From an uncultured beta proteobacterium (GTDB taxonomy: Bacteria; Pseudomonadota; Gammaproteobacteria; Burkholderiales; Casimicrobiaceae), in the NCBI GenBank assembly GCA_963707815.1, contig CAVPRK010000024.1:57457-121456 (forward strand): DNA of 64,000 nt, read 5' to 3'. The notes below the pieces were generated by a model. That model was given only the letters and a program-made list of their open reading frames with translations. It was not told where the DNA came from and did no database searches. Position numbers and translations under genes: made by a program. This document shows, piece by piece, positions 53,897 through 64,000 of this stretch. Each line of letters starts with the position of its first letter. Position 1 is the stretch's first letter.

Positions 53897-56800
53897 TCAG
53901 TGCCTCTTCCGCTGGCGGCGTGCGGTGCGGCGGGCGGCCGCTTCGCGCTTCGCCGCGAACCGCTGCGACATCGACTCCAGCAGGAAGAAGAACAGCGGCG
54001 CGAAGATCACCGCGACGAGCATCGACGCCAGGATGCCGCCGATCACGCCGGTGCCGATCGCGCGCAGGCTGTTGGCGCCGGCGCCGGTCGCGATCGCGAG
54101 CGGCACGCAGCCGAAGCCGAAGGCGAGCGAGGTCATGACGATCGCGCGCAGGCGCGGCCCGGCCGCCGCGAGCGCCGCATCGCGCGCCGACATGCCTTCG
54201 CGCACGTGCTCGATCGCGACTTCGCAGATCAGGATCGCGTTCTTCGCCGACAGGCCCGACCAGCGTGACGAGGCCGACCTGGAAGTAGACGTCGTTCTCC
54301 AGGCCGACGGCCCAGGTGAGCAGCGAGCGCGCCCAGCACCGCGACGGGCATCGTCAGCACCACCGCGATCGGCAGCGTCCACTTCTCGAACTGCGCGGCG
54401 AGCAGCAGGAACACGAGGATCAGGCCGAAGATGAAGGCGGAGCTCGACGTGCTCCCCGATTCCTTCTCCTGCAGCGCCTGGCCCGCCCACGCATAGGAGA
54501 AGTCGCCGGGCAGCTCGCGCGCGACCTCTTCCATCGCGGTGAGCGCCTGGCCGGAGCTGTAGCCGGGCGCCTGGCTGCCCGTGATCTTGACCGCCGGGAA
54601 GCCGTTGAAGCGCGTCACGAGCTTCGGCGAGGCGACGTAGCGCGTGGTGATCAGCGCGGACAGCGGCACGTTGGCGCCGCTCTTCGATCGCACGAAGATC
54701 TTGTCGAAGTCCGACGGGCTTCATGCGGTAGTTCGCGTCGGCCTGCAGGATCACCCACCACACGCGCGAGAACTGCGAGAACTGGCCCACGATCTGCGAG
54801 CCGAAGAACGCCTGCATCGTGGCGAACGCATCGGACACCGGCACGCCGAGCACCTCGGCCTTGCTGCGGTCGAGATCGACGAACAGCTGCTGCGTCGCCG
54901 CGCGGTAGGTCGTGGACACGCCCTGCAGCTCGGGCCGCTGCGCGCGCCTTGGCGAGGAACGCGTCCACCGCCGCGCCGGTCGCGCGCGCATCGCCGGCGC
55001 CGCGGTTCTGCAGGTAGAACTCGAAGCCGCCGGTCGTGCCCATGCCGGGAATCGACGGCGGGTTGAGCGGCGAACGCGAAGCCGTCCTTGATGCGCGGCG
55101 AACTGCGCGTTGAGGCGCTGCAGCACCGCGAACGACGAGCATCGAGGCGTCCTTGCGCTCCTCGAACGGCTTCATCGACGCGAAGAGGACGCGCGCCGTT
55201 GTTCGCGAGCTGGCCGTCGATCAGGCTGTAGCCCGCGACCGACGCCACGTCCTGCACCGCCGGATCGGCCGACACGATCTTCTGCACGCGCTCGGTGATC
55301 TTCGGCGACGACCTCGAGGTTGGCGGTGTCCGGCGCCACGATCGCCGCGAAGAAGTAGCCCTGGTCCTCCTCGGGCACGAAGCTCGACGGCAGCACGCGG
55401 AACATGAACCACGATGCCGGCGAGGATGCCGCCGAACACGATGAGCGCGAGCGGCCAGCCGCGGATCGTCGCGCGCGACCACGCCGACGTAGCCATCGCG
55501 CAGCTGCTCGAAGCCGCGCTCGAAGGCAGCGGAAGAAGCGGTTCTTCTCGCCGTGATGGGCCTTGAGGATGATCGCGGCGAGCGCGGGCGAGAGCGTGAG
55601 CGCCATGATCCCGGAGATCACCATCGAGATCGCGATGGTCACGGCGAACTGCTGGTAGAGCTTGCCGGTGACGCCGCCCAGGAACGCGACCGGCAGGAAC
55701 ACGGCGACCAGCACCAGCACGATCGAGATCAGCGCGCCGGCGATCTGCGTCATCGTGACCTTGGCGGCTTCCAGCGGCGACAGGTTGCTTCGCGGCCATG
55801 TTGGCCTCGACGCTCTCGACCACCACGATCGCGTCGTCGACCACGAGGCCGATGGCGAGGATCATGCCGAACATCGTCAGCATGTTGATCGAGAAGCCGA
55901 GCAGGTGCATGCCGACGAACGTGCCGACGATCGACACCGGCACCGCGAGGATCGGGATGATCGTGGCGCGCAGCGACTGCAGGAACACGAACACCACGAG
56001 CACCACCAGCACCACCGCCTCGAAGAAGGTGTGCACGACCTTCTCGATCGAGTTCAGCGTGAAGAGGCTCGTGTCGAGCGCGATGCGGTAGTCGAGGCCG
56101 GTCGGGAACTGCTGCTTCAGCTCGTCCAGCCGCTTGCGCACGGCGCTTGGCCGTGGCCACCGCGTTGGCGCCCGGCTGCTGGTAGATGCGCGATGCGTGG
56201 TCGAGATCTTGCCGTTCATGCGGCTCGACCATCGAGTAGTCGCGCTTGTCGAGCTCGACGCGGCCGATGTCGCGCAGGCGCACCGTCGCCGCGCCCTCCT
56301 TGGCCGGCGCGGACGATGATGTCCTCGAACTCCTCGGGCTTGCGTGAGCAGGCCCTGCGCGGTGATCACGAACGTCTGCTGCGTGCCCGGCACCGACGGC
56401 TGGCCGCCGATCTGGCCGATGCCGAACGTCTGGTTCTGGCTCTGCAGCGCGTTGCGCACCTCGCTGCACGGTGATGCCGAGCTGCGCCATGCGGTCGGGC
56501 TGCAGCCACACGCGCATCGCGATGTCGGGCAGGCCGAACACGGAGGCGCGATTGGCGCCGGGCACGCGCTTCAGCTCGTCGAGGACGTACAGGTTCGTGT
56601 AGTTGTCGATGTACGTCGACGTGTAGCGGTCGTCGGGCGAATAGATCGACAGCACCATCATGATGGCCGACGACATGCTTCTCGACGGTCACGCCCTGCT
56701 GCGTCACCGTCTGCGGCAGCAGCGAGAGCGCCTGGCTCACGCGGTTCTGCACGTTGACCTGGTTGATGTCGGGGTCGCTGCCCGGCTTGAACACGACGCT

Positions 56801-57078
56801 GATCGACGACGTTGCCGCGACGACGAGCTCGTCGAGGAGAAGTACAGCAGGTTGTCGACGCCGTTGATCTGCGCCTCGATCGGCGCCGCGACCTGGTTGG
56901 CGATCACCTCCGCCGTGGCGCCCGGATAGCTCGCGGCGATCGCTCACCGACGGCGGCGCCATCTCCGGGATACTGCTCGATCGGCGCGACCGACATCGCC
57001 ACCAGCGCCGGCGAGCACGAACAGGATCGAGATGACCGACGACAGGATCGGCCGGTCGATGAAGAAGTGCGTGAACAT
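53897..57078 (-). CDS. RND efflux permease (heavily frameshifted)
   Basis: [46 protein letters not shown]. Confidence 0.9.
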
Positions 57079-57083
57079 GGGCG

Positions 57084-58307
57084 CTACTTCTTCGGCGGCG
57101 TCGGCGCCTTCGGTGCCGGCGCGGCGGCGGCCGGCGTGCGCCGCCGCGGTCGACGACGCGTCACCGGCTGGCCCGGCACCACCTTCAGCACGCCGTCGAC
57201 GACCACGCGGTCGCCCTTGGCGAGGCCCGTCAGGATCACGATGTCCTTGTCGCCGTAGTAGTCGCCCACGATCACCGGCCGGATCTCCGCGACGCCGCTT
57301 GGCGTTCACGACGTACACGAGATGGCCGTTGCTGCCCTGCTGCACGGCAAGCTGCGGCACGACGATCGCGTTCGGTCGCATCGCGCCCTAGCACGCGCGC
57401 CGTCACGAACATGCCCGGACGCAGCTCGCGACTTCGGATTGGGGATCACCGCGCGCACCATGAACGATCCCGTGTCCTGGCTGAACGACGGATCGGCGAA
57501 GCCGATCTTGCCGCGGTGCGGATAGACGACGCCGTCGGGCAGCACGAGCTCGACGTCGAAGTTGTCGTCCTTGGGCGCGACCACGAGCTTCTTGTCGCGC
57601 GCAGCTCCTGGAAGCGCGCCATCTGGTTCTGCGAGATGCTGAAGTTCACCCAGATCGGATCGAGCGCGGCCACGTAGGTGAGGTTGGCGCTGTCGGCGAG
57701 CGCGTTCACGTACGCGCCCTGGCGCTGCAGCGCGCGGCTCGCGACGCCCGTGACCGGCGACGTGATCGTCGCGTAGCCCAGGTTGAGCTTGCGCCTCGTC
57801 GACCTTGGCCTGCGCGGAGAACACGGCCGCCTTCGCGGCGTCGAGCTCGCCCTTCGCGCGATCGAGGTCGATCTGCGGCAGCGCGTCCTGCTCGGCCAGC
57901 GGCTTGACGCGGTCGATAGGTCGACCTCCGCCGTGGCGAGCCGCGCCTGCTGCGCCTGCAGCTCGCCCTGCGCCGCGTTGAGCTGCGCCTGGAACGGCTT
58001 GGGGTCGAGCTTGAACATGAGCTGGCCCTGCTTGACGAGCTCGCCCTCCTGGTAGGCGATGCTGTCGAGGAAGCCGGAGACGCGCGCCACGATGTTGACC
58101 TGGCGCGAGCTCTCGGTCTGCGCGACGAACACCGGCGTGTACGGGATCGTCTGCGGCTCGATCGTGACGACGCCGCACCTCGGGCGCGGCTGCCGCGCCG
58201 GCGGCGGCGCTTCCTTGCCGCAGGCCGCGAGCGAGCGCGAGCGATCGCAGAGCGAGGAGTGCGCGGAGCGTGTGGACGATCGCGGGAACGAACGAGGCAG
58301 CGGGCAT
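57084..58307 (-). CDS. RND periplasmic adaptor (MFP) (frameshifted)
   Basis: Lipobox [44 protein letters not shown]. No OmpA-like extension. Confidence 0.88.
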
Positions 58308-58309
58308 CG

Positions 58310-59715
58310 ATCGTACGCGAGCGAGGTGGCGGCGGCCTCCGCCGGGCGTGTCGAGCGAGTCGTGGCATCCGCACCGGTGATCTTCACCTGCGCGAACTCG
58401 CCGACGCGCAACCCGGGCGCGCCGTCACGCGCACCACGCCGTCGATCTCCGGCGCATCGGCCGCGGAGCGCGCGAACGCGTCGCGTCGCCTGCGACCTCG
58501 TCGACCAGCACGCGCATCGTCGTGCCGACCTTGCGCGCGAGCCGCGCGGCGCTGATGCGCGCCTGCACTTGCCATGAAGCGCGCGCGGCGCTCCTCGCGC
58601 ACTTCCTCGGGAACCGGATCGGGCAAGTGCGTTGGCCGCCGCCCCGTCGACCGGCGAATAGGCGAAGCAGCCGACGCGGTCGAGCTGCGCTTCCTCGAGG
58701 AAGTCGAGGAGCTGCTGCGAAGTCGTCTTCGGTTTCGCCGGGAAAGCCGGCGATGAACGTCGAGCGGATGGTGATGTCGGGACAGATCGCACGCCACGCC
58801 TTGATGCGCGCGAGCGTGTTCTCGGCGTTGGCCGGCCGCTTCATGAGCTTCAGGATCCGCGGGCTCGCGTGCTGGAAGGGCACGTCGAGGTACGGCAGGA
58901 TCTTGCCTTCGCGCCATCAGCGGGATCACGTCGTCGACGTGCGGATACGGATAGACGTAGTGCAGGCGCACCCACACGCCGAGCTCGCCCAGCGCTGTCG
59001 CGAGCTCCGTCATCCGCGTCTTCACCGGACGGCCGCGCCAGAACCCGGTGCGATAGCGCACGTCCACGCCGTACGCGCTCGTGTCCTGCGAGACGACGAG
59101 CAGTTCCTTGACGCCGGCCTTGACCAGGTTTTCCGCCTCCTGCATCACTTCGCCCAGCGGCCGGCTCACGAGGTCGCCGCGCATCGCGGGAATGATGCAG
59201 AACGTGCAGCGGTGATTGCAGCCCTCGCTGATCTTCAGATACGCGTAGTGCGACGGCGTGAGCTTGATGCCTTGCGGCGGCACGAGGTCGGTGAACGGAT
59301 CGTGCGGCTTCGGCAGGTGCGCGTGCACCGCGCTCATCACCTCGTGCGTCGCATGCGGGCCGGTGACGGCGAGCACCTTCGGATGCGCGTCGCGCACGAA
59401 CGCGCCGCCTTCCTTGGCGCCGAGGCATCCGGTGACGATGACCTTGCCGTTCTCGGCCAACGCTTCGCCGATGGCGTCGAGCGACTCCGCGACCGCCGCG
59501 TCGATGAAGCCGCAGGTGTTGACGACGACGAGGTCGGCGCCGCCGTAGTCCGGCGCGATCGCGTAGCCCTCCGCGCGCAGCTGGGTGAGGATCTGCTCGG
59601 AATCGACGAGCGCCTTGGGGCAGCCGAGCGACACGAAGCCGACGCGCGGCGTGGCCGGAGCTTGCGTCGGCGGGCTCGAAGGTGTCTGCGGCGCGGATCG
59701 GCGACGCTGGACGTA
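58310..59715 (-). CDS. rimO: Ribosomal protein S12 methylthiotransferase (both ends uncertain because of indels)
   Basis: [23 protein letters not shown], radical SAM motif [17 protein letters not shown] segment DAPEIDGVV. Confidence 0.92.
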
Positions 59716-59777
59716 ACGCTTTACGCGATGCAGCAACGTGCAGCGCAAAAACGCGCGATGCTGCAGCTGCTTCGCGA

Positions 59778-60350
59778 TCAGCGCTTCTTGTCGTCGTCGG
59801 CGGGCTCGTGGCGGCGCGCTGAAGTTGGGAAACGGGAACGTCGTGAACATGCCGCGCGTCTGGTCCTGCATGCGCTGCTGCATGTCCATGAAGAGCTTGG
59901 CACTCTGCTCGAGGTAGTTGCCGAGCATGCCCTGCATCGCGGGCGCCTGCATCTGCATGAACTGCTTCCACAGGTCGGGCGTCAGCATCATCTTGTCGCC
60001 GTAGACCTGCTTGGCCTGGTCCTGGAGCTTCTTCTGGATCGCGAGGAACGCCTTCACGTTCTGCTCCATGTACTGCCCCATGATCGTCTGCTGCGCGCTG
60101 CCGTAGAAGCGGATCATCTGCGCGAGCATCTCGGAGCTGAACATCGGCACGCCGCCGCCTTCCTCGTCGAGGATGATCTGGAGGAGGATCGCCCGCGTCA
60201 GGTCGTCGCCGGTCTTGGCGTCCACCACCTGGAACTCGATGTTCTCCAGCACCATCTGCTTCACGTCGGCGAGCGTGATGTAGCCGCTGTTGGCGGTGTC
60301 GTACAGCCGCCGGTTGGGATACTTCTTGATCGTGCGTACGGCTCGCTCAT
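59778..60350 (-). CDS. phaR: PHA synthesis repressor (indels near both ends)
   Basis: [50 protein letters not shown]; stop TGA at 59778-59780. Confidence 0.92.
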
Positions 60351-60438
60351 CTAGGCAGCTCCTGCGGTCAGCGGGCAATTATAACCTACTGATTTATCAG
60401 ACGGATTGACCGTACGGCGGGGAGACGGTCGGGTCGAA

Positions 60439-60512
60439 TGGTGCAGCGCACCAAAAAATGCTTGACTTCGGTGCGACCCGTCCCTACAATGTGAATTGTG
60501 CGGTGCAGCAAA
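60439..60512 (+). promoter_or_regulatory. Sigma70 promoter of the phasin gene flanked by two PhaR-type boxes
   Basis: TTGACT (60462-60467), 17 bp, TACAAT (60485-60490). Inverted repeat TGGTGC-agc-GCACCA (60439-60453) and TTGTGC-ggt-GCAGCA (from 60496). Confidence 0.75.
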
Positions 60513-60680
60513 GGCAGCAGGAAAGCCGGAGCGATGACACCGCGGGCGGTCTTGCCAGAGGCAGTGAATCCGGACCGCTGAGCACTTCGCATCCGGGGCG
60601 TGCCCCGGGAAAGTGCGAAAGCTTACAGGATCGCTGCTACGGACCCGTCCATCGGACTTCACTCAGCAAAGGAAACGACC

Positions 60681-61224
60681 ATGTACAACCCGACCGAACA
60701 AATCGCCGAGATCAACAAGACCAACGTCGCGCAAGCGACGAAGTTTGCCGCGCTCTCGCTCGAGACCGCCGAGAAGTTCATCGAAGTTCAACCTGGGCGC
60801 CGCCAAGGCGTGTTCGCCCAGTCCGTCGAAAGCGCGCAAGCGCTGGCCGCGGTCAAGGACGTGCAGGACCTGCTCGCGCTGCGCACGAAGTTCGCGGAAG
60901 CCCAAGTGCAAAGCGCCGTCGGCTACTCGCGTAACTTGTACGAGCTCGCGACGGAAGCGCAAGCCGGCTACTCGGCGCTCGCCGAAGAGTCGTTCGGCGT
61001 CTACACGAAGGGCGTTGCGCAGTGGGTCGACCAAGGCCAGCAAGTCGGCGCCCGCCGGTTCGGACGTCGCCGTGAACGCGTTCAAGTCGACGATCGCCGC
61101 GACCACCGCCGCGTTCGACCAGTTCCAGAAGGCGACGAAGCAAGTCGCGAGCCTCGCCGATGCGAACGTCCGCGCCGCCGCGGCGACCGCGACGAAGGCC
61201 GTCAACAAGGGCAAGCGCGCGTAA
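60681..61224 (+). CDS. phaP: Phasin (frameshifted)
   Basis: AAAGGAA SD; EKFI..NL.AAK, LAAVKDVQDLLAL, YSRNLYELA, APAGSDVAVNAFKS. Divergent from phaR. Confidence 0.88.
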
Positions 61225-61235
61225 GTTGCGCGGCC

Positions 61236-61330
61236 CGGGAGCGCCGCCCTCCTGAAGAGGAGCCGGCACTCCCGACATCGAAGGTGATGTCTCCTTCTGT
61301 ATCAAACTCCTCCTCCTGATTGATACAGCC
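61236..61330 (+). ncRNA. Candidate 3'-UTR-derived sRNA with an anti-Shine-Dalgarno loop
   Basis: Hairpins GACATC/GATGTC (61274-61291) and CTGTATCAA-actcctcctcctga-TTGATACAG (61297-61328) directly before a terminator. Confidence 0.55.
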
Positions 61331-61332
61331 TC

Positions 61333-61363
61333 ACCCCCGCCCGCAAGGCGGGGGTTTTTTATT
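61333..61363 (+). terminator. Rho-independent terminator
   Basis: ACCCCCGCC-cgcaa-GGCGGGGGT followed by TTTTTATT. Confidence 0.9.
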
Positions 61364-62441
61364 CTGGGGCGGGAGGCGGACGCGTGGCGGGTGGCTCGCC
61401 ATCGACGCGTGCGGGGAAGAGCGCCTGCAAATTGGAAGACGCATCGCGGCGAACGAGGCCACGCGCGCGGACGTGCGCGGACTCGAGCGCTTCGGCGAGC
61501 GTGCGCACGGGGTCGAGGCAGCAGTCGGCCGATGCAAAGCGCGCGACGCACTCGTCGAGCGTGAGGCTCGCGAAGAACGCCGCGAGATCGCGGGTGAGCG
61601 CGTGCTGCGGCAACGGCTCCGATTGCCGCGCGATCCATTCGGAACGGCTCGCGGCCTCGCAGAAGCTCTTCCAGAACTTGGGCTCGATCGCGCCGAGCGC
61701 CACGTGCCGCTGGTCGCGAGTCGCGTAGATGCGGTAGTACGCGGCACCGCCGTTGAGGTAGGTCTCGTGGCGTTCGGGCGAATATCCGCGCGCGCCGTAG
61801 TCCGCGACCTGGAACATCTGCAGCGGCTGCGCGACGTCAGCGAGGCCGATGTCGATCATGCAGCCGCGCCCTGTGCGGTCGCGCCCCCGCAGAGCGCCCA
61901 GGATCGCGATCACTGCATAGAGCGAGCCGGTGGTATCCGCGATGGGCGGGTCGAAATACACCGGCGCCTCGTTGCCGTTGCGATGCAGGATGCCTGCCTG
62001 CGCGAGGTAGTTCGCATCGTGCCCCGCGGCCTGCTCCAGCGGACCGCCGATCCCGTAGCCGCTCAACGCGCAGTACACGAGGCGCGCGTTGCGCGCGGAC
62101 AGCGTCGGGTAATCGAGACCCAGCCGCGCCATCACGCCGGGACGGAACGTCTCGAGCAGTACGTCGGCCGTGTCCACGAGCTTCAGGAATTCGTCGCGTA
62201 CCTGTGCATCCTTGAGGTCCATGCGGCGAATGGTCTTGCCGCCGTTGACCGATTCGTAGAACAGCGGACGGCCCGCGGAATCGCGCGGGCCGAGGTTGCG
62301 CATCTCGTCGCCGCGCGGCGGCTCGATCTTCACGACGTCGGCGCCGAAATCGGCGAGAAACAGCGTGGCGAGCGGACCGGGCAGGTACGACGACAGGTCG
62401 AGGACGCGCACGCCCGCGAGCCAGGAGTTGAGTGCCGACAT
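61359..62441 (-). CDS. CaiB/BaiF family III CoA-transferase / racemase
   Basis: LAGVRVLDLS..LPGP, LADFGADVVKIEPP.GD, ETFRPGVMARLGL, catalytic GHDANY. Confidence 0.9.
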   Translation of the reverse strand: MSALNSWLAGVRVLDLSSYLPGPLATLFLADFGADVVKIEPPRGDEMRNLGPRDSAGRPLFYESVNGGKTIRRMDLKDAQVRDEFLKLVDTADVLLETFRPGVMARLGLDYPTLSARNARLVYCALSGYGIGGPLEQAAGHDANYLAQAGILHRNGNEAPVYFDPPIADTTGSLYAVIAILGALRGRDRTGRGCMIDIGLADVAQPLQMFQVADYGARGYSPERHETYLNGGAAYYRIYATRDQRHVALGAIEPKFWKSFCEAASRSEWIARQSEPLPQHALTRDLAAFFASLTLDECVARFASADCCLDPVRTLAEALESAHVRARGLVRRDASSNLQALFPARVDGEPPATRPPPAPE

Positions 62442-62448
62442 GCGACGT

Positions 62449-63321
62449 CTACAGGATCGCGAGAGGCACCAGCGGACTGCCCGTGCCGCCCACGAAAGGC
62501 AGTGGCGCCGCGACGAACAGGAATTCGCGCGTCCCCGTCGCGGCGAGCTCCTTCAGCACGAGTCCTTCGAGCAGCGGGATACCGTAGCCGCGAATGACGA
62601 GCTGGTGCACGGGGAACACGGTGTCCTTGGGAAACGGGATGTGCTCGACGGCGAAGTTGTCGCTGCCGATCACCGCCACGCCGGATTCCGCGAGCCAGCG
62701 TCCCGCTTCCACGTCGATGCCGGGCTCGCCGTCGTAATAGTGCGGATCGTCGAGCATCGATTCGAGCCATCCGGTACGAACGAGCACGACGTCGCCGCGC
62801 TCGATCGTGACGCCCGCCGCCGTTGCCGCGCGTTGCACGTCGTCGCGCGTCACCGGCGTGCCCTTGGCGAGCGGCTCGCCGTTGTCGAGGACGTCGAGCA
62901 GGATGCCGCGGGCGACGATCGGGCCCATCTTCTCGACGCCGCAGCGCACCGCGCGCGTCGTGCTGCGCGTGCCGGTCGACGGAAAGCCGTTGTACAGCTT
63001 GTCGTCGTGCCAGGCGTGGCAGAGCGCGTCGATGTGGGTGCCGAACTGCAGCGCCATGACGACCGTGTCTTCGGCGAACTGGAAGCCGCCCGGCCGCTTG
63101 CCGCCGGCGGCGTAGTCGCCGCCGTCGCGCTGCATGAAGTGCTGCATGGGTGCGCGATGATTCGGTATCGGGGTGTCGGGCGACAGCGGCTGCGCGAGCG
63201 AGATCACCTTGCCCGTTTTCGCGAGCCGCAGCGCGCGCTGCACTTCCGCCGGGCCGATCTGATTGAGCGCGCCGCGCTCGTCCTCCTTGCCCCAGCGACC
63301 CCACGCTTCTTCGGGAGGCAT
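62449..63321 (-). CDS. Cyclase family (KynB-like) metal-dependent hydrolase
   Basis: WGRWGKEDERGALN, QFGTHIDALCH, GDVVLVRTGW, GSDNFAVE, GGTGSP. Confidence 0.85.
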   Translation of the reverse strand: MPPEEAWGRWGKEDERGALNQIGPAEVQRALRLAKTGKVISLAQPLSPDTPIPNHRAPMQHFMQRDGGDYAAGGKRPGGFQFAEDTVVMALQFGTHIDALCHAWHDDKLYNGFPSTGTRSTTRAVRCGVEKMGPIVARGILLDVLDNGEPLAKGTPVTRDDVQRAATAAGVTIERGDVVLVRTGWLESMLDDPHYYDGEPGIDVEAGRWLAESGVAVIGSDNFAVEHIPFPKDTVFPVHQLVIRGYGIPLLEGLVLKELAATGTREFLFVAAPLPFVGGTGSPLVPLAIL

Positions 63322-63324
63322 ACG

Positions 63325-64000
63325 TTATCGACTCCTCTTGGGCAGTCTCGCTGCCAGGTCCTTGAGACCGTTGCGCATCAGCTTGCCGGTCGCCGTCGTT
63401 GGAAGCGACGGCACGACTTCGACGCGGTCAGGTGTCTTGTAGCTTGCCGCTTCCGTGCGGCAATGGGCCCGCAACGCGTCTTCGGTGAGTTGCGCGCCGG
63501 TGCGCGCGACGACGAATGCGACCACGATCTCGCCTTTGTCCTGATCGGGCGCACCTACCACGCCCGCTTCCGCGACGTCGGCATGCGTTCGCAGCACTTC
63601 CTCGACTTCCGCGGGCGCGATGTTGATGCCTGCACGCTTGATCATCTCGGTGGTGCGCGCGAGGAATTGCAGCCAGCCTTCGGGCGTGAGCTGCCCCATG
63701 TCGCCGGTGCGGAAGTAACCGTCGGTCGTGAACGCCTTCGCGTTGTTCTCGGCGCTGATGCCGTCGTAGCCCGGCGTGACGTTGCCCTTGACTTCGATCT
63801 GCCCCGGCGTGTTCGGACCGACGGGCTGTCCGGTGCCCTCATCGACAATGCGGATGGAAACGCCGGGCAGGGGCGGCCCCTGCACGTTCATGCGCCGCTC
63901 GAGCGGCCAGTGGTGCCACGCCACCGCGCAATTGCCGCACGACTCGGTCTGGCCGTAGATGTTGCAGATCTCGCTTGCGCCGAGCTCGTTGGCGACGGTC
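63325..64000 (-). CDS. Acyl-CoA synthetase (AMP-binding), 5' part outside the window
   Basis: NIYGQTES, GYFRTGDMG, IKRAGINIAPAEVE, LPTTATGK. Confidence 0.88.
   Translation of the reverse strand, partial: TVANELGASEICNIYGQTESCGNCAVAWHHWPLERRMNVQGPPLPGVSIRIVDEGTGQPVGPNTPGQIEVKGNVTPGYDGISAENNAKAFTTDGYFRTGDMGQLTPEGWLQFLARTTEMIKRAGINIAPAEVEEVLRTHADVAEAGVVGAPDQDKGEIVVAFVVARTGAQLTEDALRAHCRTEAASYKTPDRVEVVPSLPTTATGKLMRNGLKDLAARLPKRSR

Noticed and set aside
58384-60378. 664-aa PhaR-RimO fusion
   Set aside because: PhaR ends ...DDDKKR-stop at 59778 in a shifted frame, and the linker translates a regulatory-looking intergenic region.
60511-60680. SRP RNA, 6S RNA or tRNA in the phaR-phaP intergenic region
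   Set aside because: It lacks the SRP GGAA/AGCAG domain arrangement, the long 6S rod and a tRNA cloverleaf with T-loop. Kept only as an unassigned structured leader.

Overview
A high-GC bacterial window, probably betaproteobacterial (phaR-rimO adjacency, phasin, gene content). It carries many single-base indels, densest at about 3.9-7.3 kb, 10.6-18 kb and 32-59 kb. These look like long-read consensus errors, so I reconstructed genes across frames and many coordinates are approximate. Family names come from motif recognition and recall, not database searches. Left to right: (1) the end of an Mla/MCE-type ABC operon; (2) a ~9.3 kb + strand unit behind an FNR-like box: small ORF, PhaC-like DUF3141 hydrolase, phosphate acyltransferase, acetate kinase, FabI, beta-carbonic anhydrase, VIT-like protein, beta-barrel, SulP; (3) a long - strand run: ppk2, BASS transporter, DUF2254, GNAT, exported protein, DUF2950/DUF3300, AspT/YidE transporter, pflA/pflB, repeat protein, aspA, an RND pump whose adaptor carries an OmpA-like domain, and a DUF3302/HlyD/OMF module; (4) an AraC-linked 13-gene catabolic/uptake cluster (MFS, CMD, BKACE, Qor, TauD, USP-hemerythrin, DUF1302, DUF1329, YCF48, MMPL-RND, acyl-CoA ligase, hydrolase, YeiH) with a 36-bp motif present twice; (5) a second RND pump, rimO, and phaR divergent from a phasin with structured 5' and 3' regions; (6) a CoA-transferase, a cyclase and a partial acyl-CoA synthetase. 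I saw no rRNA, tRNA, CRISPR array, transposase or integrase. The best candidates for undescribed biology are an anoxic, polyester-linked energy module (DUF3141-pta-ack-fabI with PFL, AspA and PPK2), the AraC-controlled catabolic regulon, and the MFP-OmpA fusion.
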